From: Candidatus Cloacimonadales bacterium | GTDB taxonomy: Bacteria; Cloacimonadota; Cloacimonadia; Cloacimonadales; JAIOQZ01 | Length of the DNA stretch: 64,000 nt | Assembly: GCA_963665815.1 (NCBI GenBank) | Contig: OY762463.1 | Location: forward strand, 96,001-160,000 | Direction: 5' to 3' | Shown here: piece after piece, positions 55,872 to 64,000 of the stretch | Layout of the letters: every line of letters starts with the position of its first letter | Position numbering within the stretch: the stretch's first letter is position 1 | Made by a program: the position numbers and the translations under genes | Notes under the pieces: generated by a model | The model's database searches: none | What the model was told of the DNA's origin: nothing | What the model saw: only the letters and a program-made list of their open reading frames with translations

Positions 55872-58800
55872 ATGAAAATAGAGGATCTAATGAAACTAAG
55901 AACATTTTTAATTATCGTATCTCTAATGTTATCAACACTTTTTGCGTATGAACCACATTTTATGGAAGATCCGGCAATTTCTCCTGATGGAGAACTCATC
56001 AGCTTTATTTATGATGATGATATCTGGACAGTTCCATTCGATGGGGGAGAAGCAAGAAGATTAACTTCAACTCACTCCAGGGAGTATTCTCCGATTTTCT
56101 CACCTGATGGTAAATGGATTGCTTACGGAAGCAATAAATCAGGTCAGAACAATATTTATATTATACCTGTAAACGGTGGAAAAGCAGAAATGATTTGCGA
56201 TCAGAACCTTATGGTTGTAGACTGGTATCCGGATGGTAAATCAATTCTTACAGTTGGAAGTGTTACAATTAAACGTTCAGGGCTATTCAAATGGAAACTG
56301 AACAAAAATCCTCAGGAAATGAAAACTCAGCGTCCTGAACTTGTTTCTGAAATGGGAGATTTCTTCTCAGTATTGTCTCCTGATCTTAAAAAAATTGTAT
56401 TTCCGAGAAGAGGTGATGCTTACCGTGAGAAATATAAAGGATCAAAGAACGGTGAGTTATGGGAATTTGATACAGAAACAGGAAAATACACTCAACTCAC
56501 TTTTACAGAGACTACAGAACGTTATCCTGTTTTCTCTCACACAAAAAACTCAATTTATTATGGTGGATCAGACGGTGAAAATTTCCAGCTTTGCAGAGTT
56601 GATAATGATAATTACCAAAAACCTGTATACCTGACTAAGTTCAAACAGTGGGCTGTAAGAGATTTGAGTATTGCCAGAGAGAATGACAGAATAGTTTTCG
56701 AAAAATTCGACGAACTATGGGTGTACAATCCGGATAATAACAAATCAGAAAAGGTAAACATAGAAATTAAAGAAGATACTTATGATGAAAGTCTTGTAGT
56801 AAACGAGGCATACAATACTTTTGACAAATATGATGTTTCTCCTGACGGAAAATTTATTGTATTCTCATATAAATTTGATCTTTTTGCCATTCCTGCAAAA
56901 GGTGGAGATGTAAGACAGCTTACTTTTGATCAACCGGGAATTGAAAACATTGCTATTTTGAATGATAACAAGACGATCTTTTTCTCTAAGCATGTTAAAG
57001 GTCATCCTGAACTGTATAAAACAAGTATAGATACTCCTGGTAAAGATGATGCAATTTCATGGGGTAAAGGAAGATATATAGACGGAATTTTCCTGGATCA
57101 GAAGAACAATGTAGTTATCAGACATTCCAAGGGAGAAAAAAGATACATGACTTCCATCTTTGACAGTACAGGAACCAGGAAGAAATTTGATATTCCTGGA
57201 GATGTCAACTGGGGTGGTTTTGATCTCTCAGACGATGAAAGGTTCATGGTGTTCTCAAGAGTTCATAAGGAAAACTACTCTTATGATATGGTGATATTAG
57301 ATCTTGAGAATGATAAAGAACATCTAATCATGACAAAGAACAAATATGTTGGTGGTTATGAGTTCAGTCCCGACATGACTTGTCTGTTCTATACTTATGA
57401 GGGTGATATTCACAGGTTGGATTTCGAACCTAAATCAGATTTTTATCTGGAAAAAGATAACTGGGATGCAATTCTGAAAGATAAAGAATCGGATAAAGAG
57501 GATAAACCCAAAGAAGAAAAAGCTGATAAAGTAAATCTTGCTGAAATTCTTAAGTCTACAGACAGGTTTGATGTAAAAGAAACAAGAATTGTAAAACAAG
57601 TTGGCAGAAACTTCATTTTCCATATGATTGATGATACAACTTTTTACTATAAAAACTCAAATGGTCCGAAGGAAACATTAAGAAAAGCTAACTTCAAAGG
57701 TGAGAATGACGAAGTAGTCAAAGAATTCAATGGAAAAGTTGAAAACATTTATACTCCTGATGGAAATACTGTATATTTCAAAAAGGGAACAAAGCTCTAT
57801 ACAATGAGTCTGAGATCCAAACATCCAGAGATGCTTAAAAATTACATCAAATATGAATATGATAAGAAAAAGCTGAATCGTAAAGTATTTGAACAGGTAT
57901 GGGCTGAATTCGGTCTTGGATTTTATGACAAAGACATGCATGGATTCAACTGGAGTAAAGCTTACAAAACATTCAGTAAGGAAATGGAAAAAGCTGAAAG
58001 TGTAAGCGACCTGGAAAAAGTTGTTCGAGAAATGATTGGAGATGTGAATGCTTCACATACAGGTTTCTACCCAAGAAAAGAAAAGAACTACAGATATATT
58101 AGAAACACATACCTTGGATTGGAATATGATTACTCGGATTATCCTCGTAAAGGTATCAAGATTGCCAAAGTATATATGACTGGCGTCCTCAGCAACAATT
58201 ACGGTATTCGTAAAGGTGATATTCTTTTATCTGTGAATGGTGAAGAAATAACTACTGAGCAACCATTGAACAAAATGTTGTTTGATAAGCAGGATAAGAA
58301 AATTGAACTTATTTTCTTAAGGGGAAAAGAAAGGATAGAAGCTGCAATCAAAGGTCTTTCCTGGACACAACAGAGAAATATGCAGTATGACAGTTGGGTT
58401 CTTGAAAGAGAGGAAATGGTTGATGAACTTTCCAAGGGTAAACTCGGATATCTTCACATAAAGGAGATGAATGGTGAAGCTTATGAAAAGTTCATTAAAG
58501 ATTTATATTCAGAAAATTATTTCAAAGATGGTCTTATCATTGATGTAAGAGGAAACGGCGGTGGTAATATCCATGAAAGACTGATCGAAGTACTTACAAA
58601 GAAATCTTATGCTATGTCTACAACAATTAAACGAAACGAGTATTACAAGACTCCAAGAGATGCCTATGAAAAACCGCTTGTACTACTTATAGATCAGGAT
58701 TCTTTCTCAGATGCTGAAATATTCCCACAAATATTCAAATATCTTGAGCTGGGAGTGATTGTTGGTATGCCAACATCCGGCTCAGTAATCGGAACTGTTC

Positions 58801-58988
58801 CTTTTAAACTTTTTGACGGATCCAGTATGAGAATGCCAAGATCAGGCTGGTTTACAAAAGACGGAAAGAACATGGAAGGAAATGGTGCACAACCTCATAT
58901 TAAAATAGATATGACACCTGAAAACATAATTAATGATAATGATGTGCAGTTGAAGAAAGCTGTATCGGAATTGTTGAAAAAAGTATAA
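55872..58988 (+). CDS. Tricorn-like S41 protease (PD40 propellers + PDZ + S41)
   Basis: PAISPDG/FSPDGK repeats, NASHTG, IDVRGNGGG, SFSDAE, EGNG..P. Confidence 0.93.
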   Translation: MKIEDLMKLRTFLIIVSLMLSTLFAYEPHFMEDPAISPDGELISFIYDDDIWTVPFDGGEARRLTSTHSREYSPIFSPDGKWIAYGSNKSGQNNIYIIPVNGGKAEMICDQNLMVVDWYPDGKSILTVGSVTIKRSGLFKWKLNKNPQEMKTQRPELVSEMGDFFSVLSPDLKKIVFPRRGDAYREKYKGSKNGELWEFDTETGKYTQLTFTETTERYPVFSHTKNSIYYGGSDGENFQLCRVDNDNYQKPVYLTKFKQWAVRDLSIARENDRIVFEKFDELWVYNPDNNKSEKVNIEIKEDTYDESLVVNEAYNTFDKYDVSPDGKFIVFSYKFDLFAIPAKGGDVRQLTFDQPGIENIAILNDNKTIFFSKHVKGHPELYKTSIDTPGKDDAISWGKGRYIDGIFLDQKNNVVIRHSKGEKRYMTSIFDSTGTRKKFDIPGDVNWGGFDLSDDERFMVFSRVHKENYSYDMVILDLENDKEHLIMTKNKYVGGYEFSPDMTCLFYTYEGDIHRLDFEPKSDFYLEKDNWDAILKDKESDKEDKPKEEKADKVNLAEILKSTDRFDVKETRIVKQVGRNFIFHMIDDTTFYYKNSNGPKETLRKANFKGENDEVVKEFNGKVENIYTPDGNTVYFKKGTKLYTMSLRSKHPEMLKNYIKYEYDKKKLNRKVFEQVWAEFGLGFYDKDMHGFNWSKAYKTFSKEMEKAESVSDLEKVVREMIGDVNASHTGFYPRKEKNYRYIRNTYLGLEYDYSDYPRKGIKIAKVYMTGVLSNNYGIRKGDILLSVNGEEITTEQPLNKMLFDKQDKKIELIFLRGKERIEAAIKGLSWTQQRNMQYDSWVLEREEMVDELSKGKLGYLHIKEMNGEAYEKFIKDLYSENYFKDGLIIDVRGNGGGNIHERLIEVLTKKSYAMSTTIKRNEYYKTPRDAYEKPLVLLIDQDSFSDAEIFPQIFKYLELGVIVGMPTSGSVIGTVPFKLFDGSSMRMPRSGWFTKDGKNMEGNGAQPHIKIDMTPENIINDNDVQLKKAVSELLKKV

Positions 58989-58996
58989 AACCTGAC

Positions 58997-59023
58997 GGGC
59001 TGGCTGAAATGCCGGCCCTTTTT
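58997..59023 (+). terminator. Intrinsic terminator
   Basis: GGGCTGGC...GCCGGCCC followed by TTTTT. Confidence 0.75.
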
Positions 59024-59030
59024 GCATGTT

Positions 59031-60287
59031 ATGAAGGAAATCGAACTATATAAAATCTGGGTGGATCAAAAATTTGATGATTCTCTGATTACAACAGACG
59101 GAAAAGAAGTTAAGGTTATATTCCCGGGAACAAGGAATAAACTTGAGGGACCGGATTTCAATAACGCTTTTATTCAGATAGACGGTATATCTTATAAAGG
59201 TGATATTGAAATTCATGTTCATACATCAGACTGGTATAAACATAATCACAATTTTGACAATAACTACAATAATGTGGTTCTTCATGTTGTTTACAAACAT
59301 GATTATAAGTACAAGCGTGTGGTGAATGAGAAGAAAAAAGGAATCTTTACACTTGAGCTCAAAGACAAAATCCAGCCTATCCGCGGAAGAAGGAAGGAGA
59401 ACTACTGTATTGTTTCAGGAATAAGAGATAGAAGCAGACTTGAAGAGTTTTTGATTGTCAAAGGACTTGAAAAATTCTATAGCAAATCTGATAAATATCG
59501 TGAATTGATGCATTCAACAAGTAAAAACCAGATGTTATATATGGCAATGCTGGATAGCTTTGGTTATTCCAGAAACAGAGAACCAATGAAAAAATTGTCT
59601 CAGGTTGTGTCATATTCTTACCTGAATTTCCTTTTTTCTAACTATTCAAGTGAGGCTGTTACGGGGTTTCTTCTGTATGTCTGCGATTTGTTCGGACATA
59701 TTCCGATTTCAGTTTCAATGAACAAAGTAATAAAATATCGAAATGCTTATCAAAAAGAATTTCGCAGCTGTCTAACAGTTAAAAAGCTAAATATTGACTG
59801 GAATATGTTCAGAGTACGTCCTGTAAATCATCCGGTACTGAGAATTGTGCAGATAGTAAACCTTTTCAGTACAAATGAAGACTTCTATTCTCAGATTTCA
59901 GATGTTTTCAAAAGTTGTTCTGAAAAAACGAGTGGGGCAATGTTATACAGGAAAATGTTCTGTAATGCTGATGATACTTATGCAATTAGCAGATCTATGT
60001 TTGATAAGGCTATGATTAACGTGTTACTGCCTTTGCTGTATGCAGATTATTCAATGAGAGAAGACGATCCCGAGTCAGAAAATATGAAAGACAAATGTAT
60101 TGCTCTTTTTTTGAGATACAATCAACTGGAAAAAAATCATGTTGAGACAAAAGCTCTTAACAATCTCACAAAAGGACGAAAACCGGAATTTAAAATGAAA
60201 GCAGTTCATCAGCAGGGATTGAACTATCTATATAAAAACTACTGTAAAAACAGACTATGCGAGTTATGTTTCTCAGATTATAAGTAA
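59031..60287 (+). CDS. DUF2851 family protein
   Basis: GPDF, GDIEIH...DW..H.H..D..Y..VVLHVV, RP.NHP..RI, QQG....Y...C....C..C. Confidence 0.88.
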   Translation: MKEIELYKIWVDQKFDDSLITTDGKEVKVIFPGTRNKLEGPDFNNAFIQIDGISYKGDIEIHVHTSDWYKHNHNFDNNYNNVVLHVVYKHDYKYKRVVNEKKKGIFTLELKDKIQPIRGRRKENYCIVSGIRDRSRLEEFLIVKGLEKFYSKSDKYRELMHSTSKNQMLYMAMLDSFGYSRNREPMKKLSQVVSYSYLNFLFSNYSSEAVTGFLLYVCDLFGHIPISVSMNKVIKYRNAYQKEFRSCLTVKKLNIDWNMFRVRPVNHPVLRIVQIVNLFSTNEDFYSQISDVFKSCSEKTSGAMLYRKMFCNADDTYAISRSMFDKAMINVLLPLLYADYSMREDDPESENMKDKCIALFLRYNQLEKNHVETKALNNLTKGRKPEFKMKAVHQQGLNYLYKNYCKNRLCELCFSDYK

Positions 60288-60288
60288 T

Positions 60289-60304
60289 TGGCACGCAATT
60301 TTCT
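60289..60304 (+). promoter_or_regulatory. Possible sigma-54 (-24/-12) promoter
   Basis: TGGCACG-CAAT-TTTCT versus consensus TGGCACG-N4-TTGCW; one mismatch at the key -12 GC. Confidence 0.35.
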
Positions 60305-60511
60305 AATTAAAGATGTAGATATGATGTTATAAGGAATTTATTTCCATATATTTTTATTGAGAATGCTGGATAATGTCGGTTTCAAGGGAATGAAACTTCA
60401 GAACACATGGATGTGAATGGGAACTCAATAGTTTAAATCCATACAATCCATTGAAGCTTCCATAACGAAGCACAGTGTTTGTATGGATTTTTTTGATTAA
60501 AGGAACGTATT

Positions 60512-62167
60512 ATGAATGATGGATTTAAAGGCTCAGAAAGTTCTCACTTTCAGAAAGGCCTTCAGTACTTCAGAAAGAATGCTCTTGATAAAGCTGTAGA
60601 GCATTGGGAGAAGGCTACTGAGCAGGAAACAGTTAATGCGGAAATATTTTCCGTGCTTGGTGGAGCATATAAGCTGTTGAATGAGTTTGATAAGAGTAGT
60701 CTTGCTTTGAAAAGAGCTCTTGATCTTGAACCTGATAATTTTAAATACATATATAATTATGGTCTTATTCTCTTTGAACAGAAACGTTATAGAGAAGCTC
60801 TGGAAAAACTGAACTATGCTCTGCAACTTCATCCCGATAATTTTGAGCTGATAAATGACATTGCCGTAATGTATTTCAATTTGAAAAATTATCCCAAGGC
60901 AGAAGAATATTTGATTAGAGCAACTGAGCTGAATCCTGATTATTACTTTGCACTGGTTAATCTTGGTTACGTTTATCTTTATACTGAAAGAATGGATGAG
61001 GCTGTGAAAGTAATGAAACGGTTGGATATGGCTAATCTTCACAATATCGAAGTTGCTGATTTCCGACAGCAGCTTAAAACAATGCAGAATAATGACGATA
61101 TGTCTGAAATTGATCCACATCTCGAGATGTCTGAGAAGACTTATGAGATTGAGCCTATCCATCTGATAAAAGACTTTGAGTTTGAATCTGTTGGTGACAG
61201 AATTGATCTTTCAATAGTTGTACCGATAATGAATGAAGAGGGTAATATCCAGATTCTGTACGATAAGATACAGGATGTGATGAAATCTTTAAAACAGTCA
61301 TTCGAAATAATCTTTATTGATGACGGATCAAGAGATAAATCTTTATCTATAATGAAAGAGATAGCTTCGAAAGATTCAAATGTCAGGGTAATTCAGTTCA
61401 GACGGAACTACGGACAGACTGCAGCAATTAGTGCCGGATTCAAATATGCCCACGGTGCAGTGATTATTACAATGGACGGAGATCTTCAAAACGATCCTGC
61501 TGATATTCCCAGGCTTCTGGAAAAAATGTCTGAAGGATATGATCTGGTCAGTGGTTGGCGTAAAGATCGAAAAGATAAGGCATTAACAAGAAAAGTACCG
61601 TCTAAGGTTGCTAATGCCCTGATAAATAAACTGATTGCCGGTACAGGTATTCAGCTTCATGATTTCGGATGTACTCTGAAGGCTTACAAACGGGGAATTG
61701 TTAAGAACATAAATCTTTATGGGGAAATGCACAGATTTATCCCTGTGTTTGCTGCCTGGATTGGTGTAAAAGTTACAGAAATCCCGGTTAAACACCATCC
61801 CCGAATTCATGGTTACGCCAAGTATAATCTCTCAAGAGTAACGAGAGTGATTTTTGACCTGCTGGTTGTCAGATTCTTCTCTGATTATATGACAAGACCG
61901 ATTCAGTTTTTCGGTAAGATAGCCAAAAAAATACTCTTTACAGGAACAGGAATACTGATTGCTTCCGGTATTGTTAAAGCATTTCTGCCATTTCCATTTA
62001 CCTGGGATACTTTACTGATTCTGTTCGGGATACTCTGTGTTTCCAGTTTTCAGATTGTGATTATGGGACTTCTCGGAGAAATGATAATAAGACACTATTT
62101 TGAAGGACAAAAGAAAGATTACTACATTGTTGAGAATATACACAGCAAAGATACAGGAATAAATTAA
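60512..62167 (+). CDS. TPR + GT2 polyprenol-phosphate glycosyltransferase (ArnC/DPM1-like)
   Basis: N-terminal TPRs; SIVVP..NEE, DDGS.D, RNYGQTAA, MDGDLQNDP, GEMHRFIP; two C-terminal TM helices. Confidence 0.9.
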   Translation: MNDGFKGSESSHFQKGLQYFRKNALDKAVEHWEKATEQETVNAEIFSVLGGAYKLLNEFDKSSLALKRALDLEPDNFKYIYNYGLILFEQKRYREALEKLNYALQLHPDNFELINDIAVMYFNLKNYPKAEEYLIRATELNPDYYFALVNLGYVYLYTERMDEAVKVMKRLDMANLHNIEVADFRQQLKTMQNNDDMSEIDPHLEMSEKTYEIEPIHLIKDFEFESVGDRIDLSIVVPIMNEEGNIQILYDKIQDVMKSLKQSFEIIFIDDGSRDKSLSIMKEIASKDSNVRVIQFRRNYGQTAAISAGFKYAHGAVIITMDGDLQNDPADIPRLLEKMSEGYDLVSGWRKDRKDKALTRKVPSKVANALINKLIAGTGIQLHDFGCTLKAYKRGIVKNINLYGEMHRFIPVFAAWIGVKVTEIPVKHHPRIHGYAKYNLSRVTRVIFDLLVVRFFSDYMTRPIQFFGKIAKKILFTGTGILIASGIVKAFLPFPFTWDTLLILFGILCVSSFQIVIMGLLGEMIIRHYFEGQKKDYYIVENIHSKDTGIN

Positions 62168-64000
62168 TGTGTGGGATAACCGGATATTTATCCAGGGATA
62201 AATTTGATATACAACTGCTGAAGAACATGACTGATACTCTCTTTCATAGAGGACCGGACAGCAGCGGATATGAGATGTTAAAAGATGGTTCTGAGAAATG
62301 GTGTGTCGGTTTTGGTCACAGAAGATTGAGTATTCTGGACTTATCAGATAAAGGGCATCAACCGATGACAACATCTGACGGCAGGTTATGGATTACATTC
62401 AACGGAGAAATTTATAATTTTGCAGAGATAAAAAGTGATCTGCTGAATAGAGGGTATGTGTTTGATTCCATGACAGATACTGAAGTGATTCTGTATGGAT
62501 ACAGGGAATATGGTGATGAAATCTTTTCCAGAATGAACGGAATGTTTGCACTGGCTATCTGGGATACAGTAAATTCAGAGCTGACAATTGCACGAGACCG
62601 TTTTGGACAAAAGCCGTTATTTTATTATCATGACGAGAGGAATTTTGCTTTCAGTTCTGAGCTGAAAGCTATACAATCATTAGATCATCTGGATTTTTCT
62701 ATAGATATTAACAGTATTGCCCAGTATTTCCTTTTCGAGTATCTTCCTGCTCCAATGACTGTGTATAAGTCGATTCATAAGCTCGAGCAGGGACATGTTC
62801 TGAAATGGAGAGACAATAAAATCAATATTGATCGGTTCTGGGATGTATCTTTCGATAAGCATGACTCAGCAGGGATTTCTGAACTTGAAGCTGAAGAAAA
62901 GGTAATTGAGCTTCTGAAGGAATCTGTGAAAAAGCGTATGCTGTCGGATGTACCACTTGGTGTATTTCTCAGCGGAGGCATAGACTCCAGTGCTCTTGTA
63001 AGTTTAATGAGCGAAATAGTTCCATCCAGAAACATTAAGACATTCTCAATTGGATTCAAGGAAGCTTCATTTGATGAAACAACTTATGCAGATCAGGTCG
63101 CCAGACTTTATAGGACAGATCATCATCACAAGATACTGTCAGCTGATAAAATGCTGAGTATTCTGCCGGATCTGCTGAATAAACTTGATGAGCCATTTGC
63201 AGACTCTTCCATTATTCCGACATATCTGCTTTCTGAATTCACGAGAGAACATGTAACAGTTGCTTTGGGTGGAGATGGGGGAGATGAGCTGTTTGCAGGT
63301 TATGACCCGTTTCTTGCTCATAGATTTGCAGAGATGTATCAATTAATGCCTGAAGCAATGCATAAGTTTTTGTATAACTTTATAATTAAAAAACTGCCAG
63401 TATCCAGTAAAAATCTGAGTTTTGATTTTAAATTGAAACAGTTCAGTAAGGGACTTTATTCCGACTCGGTAATAAGAAACCAGAAATGGCTGGGAGCATT
63501 TACCGATTCAGAGTTAAAGGGCTTGTTTACATCCGGGGCTGAAGAGAGCATAGACTTTACTCAACCTTACAGTCAGGTTCTGCAACATAAAGCACAGTTG
63601 GGAGATAAGTCTTTCTGGAACAATTTGCTTTATCAATACCAGAAGCTGTATCTTGCAGATGATATTCTTGTTAAAATTGACAGAGCTTCCATGATGCACT
63701 CGCTTGAAGCCAGATCTCCATTTCTGGATCATGAATTAGCTGAATTCGTGAATTCACTGCCATTCAATTTCAAGATGAGAAGACTTACCCGTAAATACGT
63801 ACTAAAAAAATCACTTGAATCCAGATTACCGGAAAACATCCTCTACAGAAAGAAAAAAGGATTCGGAATTCCTCTTACTGCCTGGATAAAAGATAAGCTG
63901 AATGATGAAATATCTTCAACAATTCTGGATGACAGCTTGTACAAAAGCGGTATTTTCAACAGAAAGCACGTGAAACAGCTTTTTGATGATCATATTAAGG
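62167..64000 (+). CDS. asnB: Asparagine synthase (glutamine-hydrolysing) family amidotransferase, 3' partial
   Basis: MCGITG, HRGPD, GHRRLSILDLS..GHQPM, FNGEIYNF, FLSGGIDSS, GDGGDELFAGY; open to the window end, hence missing from the ORF track. Confidence 0.95.
   Translation, partial: MCGITGYLSRDKFDIQLLKNMTDTLFHRGPDSSGYEMLKDGSEKWCVGFGHRRLSILDLSDKGHQPMTTSDGRLWITFNGEIYNFAEIKSDLLNRGYVFDSMTDTEVILYGYREYGDEIFSRMNGMFALAIWDTVNSELTIARDRFGQKPLFYYHDERNFAFSSELKAIQSLDHLDFSIDINSIAQYFLFEYLPAPMTVYKSIHKLEQGHVLKWRDNKINIDRFWDVSFDKHDSAGISELEAEEKVIELLKESVKKRMLSDVPLGVFLSGGIDSSALVSLMSEIVPSRNIKTFSIGFKEASFDETTYADQVARLYRTDHHHKILSADKMLSILPDLLNKLDEPFADSSIIPTYLLSEFTREHVTVALGGDGGDELFAGYDPFLAHRFAEMYQLMPEAMHKFLYNFIIKKLPVSSKNLSFDFKLKQFSKGLYSDSVIRNQKWLGAFTDSELKGLFTSGAEESIDFTQPYSQVLQHKAQLGDKSFWNNLLYQYQKLYLADDILVKIDRASMMHSLEARSPFLDHELAEFVNSLPFNFKMRRLTRKYVLKKSLESRLPENILYRKKKGFGIPLTAWIKDKLNDEISSTILDDSLYKSGIFNRKHVKQLFDDHIK

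Noticed and set aside
174-61810. Numerous 60-210 aa ORFs antisense or out of frame within longer genes
   Set aside because: Overlap well-supported CDSs and lack RBS or recognisable motifs
62012-63732. Minus-strand ORFs listed at the window end
   Set aside because: Shadows of the plus-strand GT2 and asnB genes; asnB runs off the window and so was not called by the track

Overview
Bacterial chromosome window from a Gram-negative FCB-type organism. The lpxC-fabZ fusion, DUF2723, DUF2851 and tricorn protease fit this, and Cloacimonadota is my guess, by inference only. Bases 1 to ~23500 are the right part of a decaying tailed-phage element. It encodes the terminase C-terminus, minor head protein, M15 endolysin, neck genes, portal, an XkdF protease-capsid fusion, tail tube and tail-fibre remnants, and it ends next to the 3' end of a minus-strand tmRNA (23572-23920, tag ANENYALAA). 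The element carries two large antisense cargo blocks. The first is a 7-gene operon (1184-8824) centred on a caspase-NACHT-like-HEAT protein with a Pepco-like partner, plus a DUF89 phosphatase, SAM methyltransferase, P-loop kinase, SDR epimerase and alpha/beta hydrolase. This is the best candidate for an undescribed defence or conflict system. The second is a GT4/GH130 four-gene block that appears to have replaced the central tail module. The element's right end has eight copies of a 20-bp motif in helically phased inverted pairs, and no integrase lies at this end. The remainder (24-64 kb) is host chromosome: OmpA, FadL, bcp, lpxD/lpxC-fabZ/lpxA, skp, DUF2723, amrB, pyrG, murI, M42 and S41 peptidases, GT2 and a partial asnB. 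All family calls come from motif recognition by eye; no searches were run.
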